Below, piece after piece: positions 55,861-64,000 of a DNA stretch of 64,000 bases. Every line of letters begins with the position of its first letter. The first letter of the stretch is position 1. Under the pieces are notes generated by a model. It was given only the letters and a program-made list of their open reading frames with translations, was not told where the DNA came from and ran no database searches. A program made the position numbers and the translations under genes. The stretch comes from Eledone cirrhosa (taxonomy: Eukaryota), in contig OZ024741.1 in the NCBI GenBank assembly GCA_964016885.1, positions 95,604,001-95,668,000 of the forward strand. The letters are read 5' to 3'.

Positions 55861-55970
55861 AGCTATAAATAATGCATATAAAATACCACTCCAGGTTATA
55901 GTTATAGGCCTCCAAGTAACACTCATAATGGTTTAGGGTCGAAACCCAAGTGACTAAACCATTTTATATA

Positions 55971-56148
55971 TACAGGTAAAATTCCGTTTTAACGAATACC
56001 ATTATAACGAATTTTTCAGTATAACGAAATTTGTCTCAGTCCTAGCCTCACGCTCGATGTGCTAAGTCGATCTCGTTCTGAAGAATTTTTCGTTACAATG
56101 AAATTATTTTATGCCCCATGAATTTCGTTATAACGGAATTCCACTGTA
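55971..56148. mobile_element. pogo/Tigger-type MITE
   Basis: TA-CAGGTAAAATTCCGTTTTAACGAA ... TTCGTTATAACGGAATTCCACTG-TA, with internal ATAACGAA subterminal repeats. Confidence 0.72.
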
Positions 56149-56179
56149 GTATAATTTAAAATAGTCTAGTGAGTTTTGG

Positions 56180-56530
56180 GACAATAGCAATAACAGCAAC
56201 AACAACAATAACAGAAATAGCAACAACAATAGTAACAACAGCAATAGCGACTATCACAACAGCAATAACATTAGCAACAACAGCAATAACAACAGTAATA
56301 ACAACAAACACTACAACAACAATAACAGCAACAATTGTAACAACAACAATAGCAACCACGACAACTACAGTAACATCAGCAACAACAGCATCAATCAAAC
56401 TAACAGCAGTAATAGCAACAGCATCAGCAACAACACCAACTGCAACAACAACAACAACAATACCAACAACAGTGAAAACGCCATTTTCATGAATAAGGAC
56501 GAGTAATACAACAACAACAACAACAACAGT

Positions 56531-56603
<73 letters not shown>

Positions 56604-57224
56604 GCAACAACAACAACATCATCATCATCATCATCATCATCATCAATAGCAGTGACAATAGCAACAGTAACAATAACAACAGCAACATCAACAGCAGCAT
56701 CATCGTCAACAGCAACATTAAAAACAACACTAATAACAGCAACAATAACAACAATAACATCTTCCTCCTCTTTCTCCTCCTCCTCCTCCTCCTCCTCCTC
56801 CTCCTCCTCCTCCTCCTCATCATCATCATCATCATCATCATCATCAACAACAACAGCAACATCAACAATAACAACAACATCATCAGCAACAACACAGAAG
56901 CAAAACCACAAGCAAATGCAACAGTATAACCATCATACTCATCATCATCATCATCACCTCATCGTTATCCTCATTGTCATCGCCATCATCGTCATCGTCA
57001 TCATCACCATCACCATCATCATCATCATCATCACCATCGTCGCCATCGTCGTCGCCATCGTCGTTATCACCATCACCATCATCACCATCATCACCACCAT
57101 CACCACCATCATCATCATCATCATCATCGTCATCATCACCATCATCATCACCATCGTCACCATCATCGTGGTCGTCGTCGTCATCGCCATCATCACCATC
57201 ATCATCACCATCATCAGCAACTAT

Positions 57225-57262
<38 letters not shown>

Positions 57263-57265
57263 CTA
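56180..57265. repeat. Compound (AAC)/(ATC)/(TCC) trinucleotide repeats
   Basis: Direct reading. Confidence 0.93.
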
Positions 57266-57777
57266 CAGCAACAAAAAATATCAGAACAAATATAACCAAA
57301 ACAAGAACAAGACACAAAAACAATACAACAATAAAAACAAAGATGGCGGAAAATTAAGGTTTTCATTTAGAAAATAGGAAGCAGGAAAAGGGTTAAAAAC
57401 AAAACAACACAAACATATGACAAGCGAACGAAAACGAGGCTAAATGTGATAAAGAGTGGTAGGCGAGGGTGGGGGAGAAATTAAGGCAGATGTATGAGAT
57501 TGTGGGATTGGGGTGGGGCTGTTATATTGTGCCATTCTTAGCTATGTGGTTTTTTTACTCATCCTTTAACCTGTACTAACTGCCCCACCCCAACAAACAC
57601 TTAATCTACCCCAGTATTCTCCCCCCCTCCCACAATAGTCATAAAGGGTAAAAAAGAAAGAAAAAAACAACTTGCTCTTTTTAGATATAGAAAAAGAAAA
57701 AGGAAATGTAAAGAAAACATAAAGCAGGAACAAGAAAGAATATTGATGGATAGAAATAACATCTCTCTATCTCTCTC

Positions 57778-57816
<39 letters not shown>

Positions 57817-57878
57817 CTCTATCTGTCTGTCTGTCTACATAGAAAGGCAGATGATACATAGATAGAATGATAGATACA

Positions 57879-57947
<69 letters not shown>

Positions 57948-58098
57948 ATACTTTGGGAGGGTCATGTTGCCAATAAGAAACACACGCACCAGTTGCTTTC
58001 ACTTCAATTTAATTTATTATATATTTATAAATTTACAAATTTATAAATTTCTGGTTGGTTGGTTGGTTCCACAACCAGATAGTTGTTTATATATATAT

Positions 58099-58143
58099 AG
58101 TCATAGTTCTTTCGTCACACACTCTGTGACCTCTTCAGTGACT
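58099..58143 (-). ncRNA. Minimal type-I hammerhead ribozyme (left arm)
   Basis: Reverse complement of 58254-58298. Confidence 0.75.
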
Positions 58144-58253
58144 GGGGATTTCTTTCTTCGTTTCTGTGCCTTTCTTTTCTTCTATCCTACGCCATTTGAA
58201 AATGGCGTAGGATAGAAGAAAAGAAAGGCACAGAAACGAAGAAAGAAATCCCC

Positions 58254-58298
58254 AGTCACTGAAGAGGTCACAGAGTGTGTGACGAAAGAACTATGACT
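58254..58298 (+). ncRNA. Minimal type-I hammerhead ribozyme (right arm)
   Basis: AGTCA-CTGAAGA-G-GTCACA-gagtg-TGTGAC-GAAA-GAAC-TA-TGACT. Confidence 0.78.
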
Positions 58299-58507
58299 AT
58301 ATATATATAAACAACTATCTGGTTGTGGAACCAACCAACCAGAAATTTATAAATTTGTAAATTTATAAATATATAATAAATTAAATTGAAGTGAAAGCAA
58401 CTGGTGCGTGTGTTTCTTATTGGCAACATGACCCTCCCAAAGTATAACAATATCGGTTTCAACACACGATTTCAGATAAAGAATCTTGCTAAACAAATTC
58501 AGAAACG

Positions 58508-58568
<61 letters not shown>

Positions 58569-58706
58569 TAAAAGGGATATTCAATTTGTTGGTAATTCAA
58601 CAAATATAAATGTTTATAACTGATTCAGAGCACTCGACAGATTTCTGGAGTATAATATTCAATGATATTAAATAAATGGAAACTATATTTATAAAACCAT
58701 ATTTAT

Positions 58707-58761
58707 TCTATTATATATATTTCAAGGGTATCAAAACTTTGGTACGCTTTCATCAGATAAA
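58707..58761 (-). ncRNA. Minimal type-I hammerhead ribozyme candidate
   Basis: Minus strand: TTTAT-CTGATGA-AAGCGTACC-aaagtttt-GATACCCTT-GAAA-TATATA-TA-ATAGA, overlapping AATAAA. Confidence 0.72.
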
Positions 58762-59338
58762 ATACAAAGTTTGTTTTATAAATTTTGACATGTCCAGGAA
58801 AAGATACCTTAACGGGTTCAAGTTTTCCCGGCGGCGGCGGTGGTAGTTGTGGTGATGGTGTTGGTGGTGATGTTGCCGGTGGTGATGTGGTTGTGGTGAT
58901 GTTGGCGGTGGTGATGGTGGCAGCAGTGATGGTGGTGGTAGTGGTGATGGTGTTGGTGGTGATGTTGGCGGTGGTGATGGTGGTGGTAGTGGTAATGGTG
59001 GTGATGGTGATGATGATAGTGTTAGTGGCGGTGGTTGTGGTGGTAGTGGTGGTGGTGGTGAGTTAAGTGGTTATGGTAGTGATGGTTGCGGTTGTCATGG
59101 TGATAGTGCTGTTGTGGTGTTGATGGTGATGGTGGTGGCTGAAATGGTTGTAATGATAATAGTGATGTTATCGTTAGTTGTGGTGTTGATGACGGTGGTG
59201 TATGTGATGATGTTGGTGGCGGTGTTGTTAGTGATGGTGGTGGTAATGTTGATGATGATAATGGTGGTTGTGGTGACGGTTATTATGATAGTGGAATTGC
59301 TGTAGTTGCTAAATAAGGTGGTGATGATGGGGATGAGA

Positions 59339-59512
59339 ATAATTGTTTCTACTTTAGGCACAAGGCCAGCAATTTAAAGGGGAGGGAAAAGTCGATTAAA
59401 TCGATCCCAGTGCATTACTGGTGCTTTATTTACCAACCCCTTAAGGATGGAAGGCAAAGCTAACCTTGTCGGGATTGGAACTCAGAACGTAAAATGCCGT
59501 AACTCTATGCGG
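59339..59512 (-). mobile_element. SINE family 1, long variant, 5'-truncated
   Basis: Match to the consensus including the extra segment. Confidence 0.85.
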
Positions 59513-60143
59513 GTATGAGAATAATGGTGTTGGTAATGATGAGGTCGATGATGATGTTGGTGCTGGTTGTGTTGGTATGATAACGGTAGAGGTAGTCAAC
59601 ATGATGACTGTGGTGGTGATGATGATAATGGTTGTGGTGATGATGATGATTGTGAGGGTGATGGTGGTGGTAATAAAAGCTTGTCCAGTGACCATACAGA
59701 CGTTCCTTACTTGGCTTCTGTGTCGATTGCTGTTGAGACGAGAACCGAGTGTCGATGTGAGATGATCTGGACATGAAGACCGCAGAAGCTGCGATAGAAT
59801 TGTTGAAGGCTTGCATGATGCTTATAAACGGTCCATGTTTTACATGACAACTCTTCGTGATGCTACGTTGAGAGCAGACACGAGGCTTAAGAGAGCCAAA
59901 GAAATTAGTTGGTTTCTGAAGCCTTTGAAATATTTCATTGCTTCACCAGTCACCAAAGAAATCGTAAAGTTAGACAATAAGTTGACTACAGTGTGTTCGT
60001 GGAAATAAATTACATAACATGCAATACATATAGGAATCTTTACAAATATATACGCATCTTAAAAAGACAGTGAGAAAATATGAATTATTTCTGCATACTG
60101 ATACACAAGAAGGTTTATTTGTAAGGACAACAAAAAAGAAAGA

Positions 60144-60178
<35 letters not shown>

Positions 60179-60303
60179 TATTATAAGTTGAGCCAACTTA
60201 TGCAGCTTCATATGCAAATGAGATTAATCACCTTATTTACACAGACGAGAAAACCATATATTCTCGCCTGTTTTCAAGTCCAGTAGTAGCAAGAGTGGGA
60301 GGC

Positions 60304-60347
60304 ATCGTCCTGATGAGAACCAGTTGAGTTCGAATTGCATTGACAAT
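60304..60347 (+). ncRNA. Hammerhead motif with A15.1 changed to U
   Basis: ATCGTC-CTGATGA-GAAC-cagttga-GTTC-GAAT-TGCA-TT-GACAAT. Confidence 0.6.
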
Positions 60348-60483
60348 TGTCCCCCTTGCTTCTGCTGGACACCACCAGAGGGCGATAGCCCCGGTGTTTT
60401 GCATAGCTACGGCTTTCTAAATGTTTATCCATAAACATACCGTATTTCTTTAGAAATACGAAATTTCAATATATGTATGTATG

Positions 60484-60591
<108 letters not shown>

Positions 60592-60724
60592 ATGTTCATA
60601 CGATCTGATCATCTGTGACGCCGCCGATTGTTTTGTGTCATGATCTGAATACGTAAACCGCCCACAGAAATACGTACTATGCAAATATGCAACAATAAAA
60701 CAAGCTATTGGAATCTGACATTTT

Positions 60725-60778
<54 letters not shown>

Positions 60779-61125
60779 CATAACGAGCCACTGTTGAAAT
60801 CACGATTCTTTTAATAGTCAGTGCATCAGTTTTACCTCTCCTCTCCCTCTCTCTCTTTCTCTCTATATCTATTTATATACCTATTTAACTCTATTTCTCT
60901 CTCTCTATCTATCTATACCTACATATCTATATATCTATATGTCTGTCTTTCTATCAATCTATGTCTATCAGTCTGTCCATATCGGTCTGATTATATGTCT
61001 GTCTGTTTGTCTCTGTTTATCTACCGTTCAATCTTTGTATGTCTATCTATAACTATATACATAAACCAATAAAACAAGACTCACACACATATATATAACA
61101 TACATATATACATTTGCACACATAC

Positions 61126-61177
<52 letters not shown>

Positions 61178-61448
61178 ATTGCATTTTAATGAATAAAAGC
61201 CGAACTTAGCCGACGTCATAATTGACAATATCAGAACGATAAAATAAAACAAAATTAGAACGATAAAATAAAACAAAACAAAAATAATGGTTAATGGCTG
61301 CATAAGAACCCCTCCCCTTCATTCACCCCATCATTCCCATTAAATTAAACTACAACAACAAATTCAACAGCAACAACAATAACAAGCAACAATAAAAGTG
61401 GCATATTTTAGTGAAATATAAAGGTTTACTGTTATTATCTTGAAATAG

Positions 61449-61548
61449 GTTGAACATTTTGGAAGTGATCCAAATGGACTGCGCCAAAACGAAACGTCAT
61501 TTCCAGTGGTGGACGCCATGAATAATGTCGAATTCCAGCCAACTCTAA
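61449..61548 (+). CDS. Candidate exon (VEHFGSDPNGLRQNETSFPVVDAMNNVEFQPTL)
   Basis: ttatcttgaaatag| acceptor, consensus |gtaagt donor, open frame; which gene it belongs to is unknown. Confidence 0.4.
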
Positions 61549-62450
61549 GTAAGTTGGCTGGCAATTTTGTGCGAGACTTTACACTAGACAGCATGGACAA
61601 TGGCCAAATAAACTGCTTATAGAAGAGGATTGTGGGAGAATCATGTCAGTGTTTACTATTTAGTTGACATACAGAAGGAAGAAAGGAAAAAAGAAAAAAA
61701 TGTCAAGAGGAATAACTAACAAATAAATGGTAGAACATTTCCTTTTTACATGAATGAGCAGACAACAAAAGATCGCCAGCTGTCACTCTATTTAAGCGAA
61801 AGGTTAGACTAATATTTCAATATCACTAGAGTCTCTTAGCATTTTTTCTTGTGGTTTGTTATAAATGTTTGATAACGTATATTGGTAAGAAGCTAGTTCG
61901 TATGCAGAGAAATGGGAGCTGATATACTTGGCTTCTGGCAAAAGCATTACGTAAATGTAATGACTGCACTCAATAAACTTAACTCAATTCACAAGGATCA
62001 ATGGTGCATCTGCTTAGCTTCAATTTATACAACATTAAGCATATAGAATATAAATGCTTCCTTCTATAGGATGCAAGTCTGGAACTCGTCATACTTAAGA
62101 GTAGGCATGACATTGTGGCTACAAAGCCCAATTTCTGTCGACGTCGTTTTAGGTTTGATCTCCCTTCACAGCATCTTAGACAAGTGTCTTCCACCATAGC
62201 CTCGTCTTGACCAAATTTTTTTGAGTGGAATTTTAAAGATGGAAACTACATGTAAAGCCACAGTATGCATACACATACATATATATTCCCGTTTCTTCCG
62301 CCTTTCACTCTCTATCTTTCTATTTCTTCTTTTATTTCTCATTCTATCTTCTGATGCACGACTAATATCTGAAACGCTAATTCACTTTTCCTACTATATC
62401 AAGCGTTAAACTACTATATATCTCCAATGAACTGTATTTTCATTTACTTT

Positions 62451-62585
<135 letters not shown>

Positions 62586-62807
62586 TACATTTTCGTTTTA
62601 AATTTGGATTGTAAATTCTAATCTCTTGGACACAAGAATCTAAGTAATTTTCTTTTGTTCCATAATTTTCCTTGTCTCCTGATATGGAAATTGTCAGGCA
62701 ATACATCACTTAACATAGAGACAGGCCAAAGGTTTTTAAAAAGAATTGTAAGCGATCAGCTATTCTTTAAAATGTAATAATTTCAAAAATATAAGAGGAT
62801 GTCTAAA

Positions 62808-62936
62808 GATGAGTAAACTGAAGCAACGTGAAATAAAGTGTCTTTCTCACGGACACAACGCATCACCCGGTCCGAGAATAACTCACAACCTCCCGATTGC
62901 AAGCTCAATGTTCTAACCACTAAGCCACGCACCTTC
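62808..62936 (-). mobile_element. SINE family 2 head
   Basis: Homologous to 44710-44820. Confidence 0.75.
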
Positions 62937-63164
62937 ATATATAGCATGTATTGTATATAGTCGTGTAAAGTTCAATCACATGGAAACGTTGACCCCCGTT
63001 CTTCACGGGTTTTTGTGAATCAAGCAATTATCCTGAATACAAGTGTTATATTATGTTTTCGTGTACACATCAATGCAAATTCTTACTAAATTCATATAAG
63101 TATGGCCGCATCACACTTATAAATACTGGTAGTTATAGTTACGGTTAATATTGACAGGCATTGA

Positions 63165-63341
63165 ATTGGCAGTATTGGTAGAGGGTCAGACATGCTTTCC
63201 AGCGTAGTTACGTCCCTTTACGATCTGAGTTCAAATCCCGCCGAGGTTAACTTTGCCTTTCATCCTTACAGGGTCGATAAAATAAAGTACCAGTAATACA
63301 CTGGGTTATTGCTGGCCTTGTGCCAAAAGTAGAAACAATTA
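63165..63341 (+). mobile_element. SINE family 1
   Basis: Full-length match to the consensus. Confidence 0.9.
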
Positions 63342-64000
63342 TCTGAATAAGCAATTTCCCTGAATCCAGTGGATCTTAGGAAATGTTTCATTTTGGGTCT
63401 GGCTTCTTGTTGATTATGTAAACAGTAATGTGTAGCACCGCAACTAGGCTTAAATTCATTAAAAATATTTTAACACAACTGCAAGAGGTTGAGATCTGAA
63501 GAGCATATTTTAATGTCTGTGACCTGTTCGCTTTCATCCATTATTTTCCCTCCTCCCTATCTTCTTTTCCTTCTTTCGAGTCAACTCACATCGAGTCGCT
63601 GATCTCTGCCCTTCTCGGTAATATTTTACCCAACACCGCTTCGACGGCATTTTGTTGTTCTAACAGCTTCCATACGCCGAGATTTCCCATTTTCCTGAGA
63701 ACATTAAATTTATTAAAAGTAAAAATAGTGTAAAGTAAATTATACAGTATTATATAGTCACAAAGAAGAAAACGTTTCGGTAGGAAAATGTTGCTTCGGT
63801 GGATGTGGTGGTGGTGGTGGTGGTGGTGGTGGGGTGTGATGTTTGTAACATATTTATTATTTTGGTATAGTTTTGAGCTGCCCTGAATAAATATATTCTC
63901 AGCACTGATTTTCATCCCAGCCGTGCAGAGCTGGCAGTGAACTTATGCAATTTAGGCGTACTTGGACTCCGTACTGCTGAGCTCCTCCGCAAGATCAGAA

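Larger units (their letters stand above)
57940..58510. mobile_element. ~255-bp-arm palindromic Penelope-like insertion with HHR in each arm and a 57-nt tail
   Basis: Arms 57940-58197 and 58200-58453 with a 2-nt loop; they differ by one GGTT unit; (TA)n on both flanks. Confidence 0.85.

Noticed and set aside
59680-59925. Minus-strand open frame LQKPTNFFGSLKP...QAFNNSIAASAVF...
   Set aside because: No recognisable motif or convincing splice donor; it runs into a trinucleotide repeat.
63590-63694. Minus-strand 105-nt exon candidate (ttctcag| ... |gtgagt; KMGNLGVWKLLEQQNAVEAVLGKILPRRAEISDS)
   Set aside because: The splice signals are plausible, but competing plus-strand acceptors exist (63580, 63902) and no partner exons were found; strand unresolved.

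Overview
Eukaryotic, AT-rich, microsatellite-saturated DNA that looks like cephalopod (Octopus-like) intronic or intergenic sequence; the organism is an inference from the SINE types and the repeat landscape. Nearly all ORF-track entries are simple-repeat translations. Supported content: (1) a near-full-length, decayed Tx1/L1-clade non-LTR retrotransposon (~6509-12378), plus several 5'-truncated relatives, nearly all abutting (ATCT)n; (2) about 20 type-I hammerhead ribozyme (HHR) motifs, about 12 with intact catalytic cores, in several distinct short elements. These are inserted in (TA)n and share a Penelope-like architecture (inverted arm, body, HHR, polyA signal, tail); one related element retains a Neptune-type GIY-YIG endonuclease; (3) about 16 copies of a tRNA-derived SINE plus a second SINE family; (4) fragments of CRE-, RTE- and CR1/Jockey-type LINEs, a Helitron helicase fragment split by a minisatellite grown from its own codons, and Tc1/mariner and pogo-type MITEs; (5) a phase-consistent chain of five small + strand exons (29601-43814) of an unidentified host gene. 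All calls were made by eye with no database searches; coordinates of degenerate element ends are approximate.
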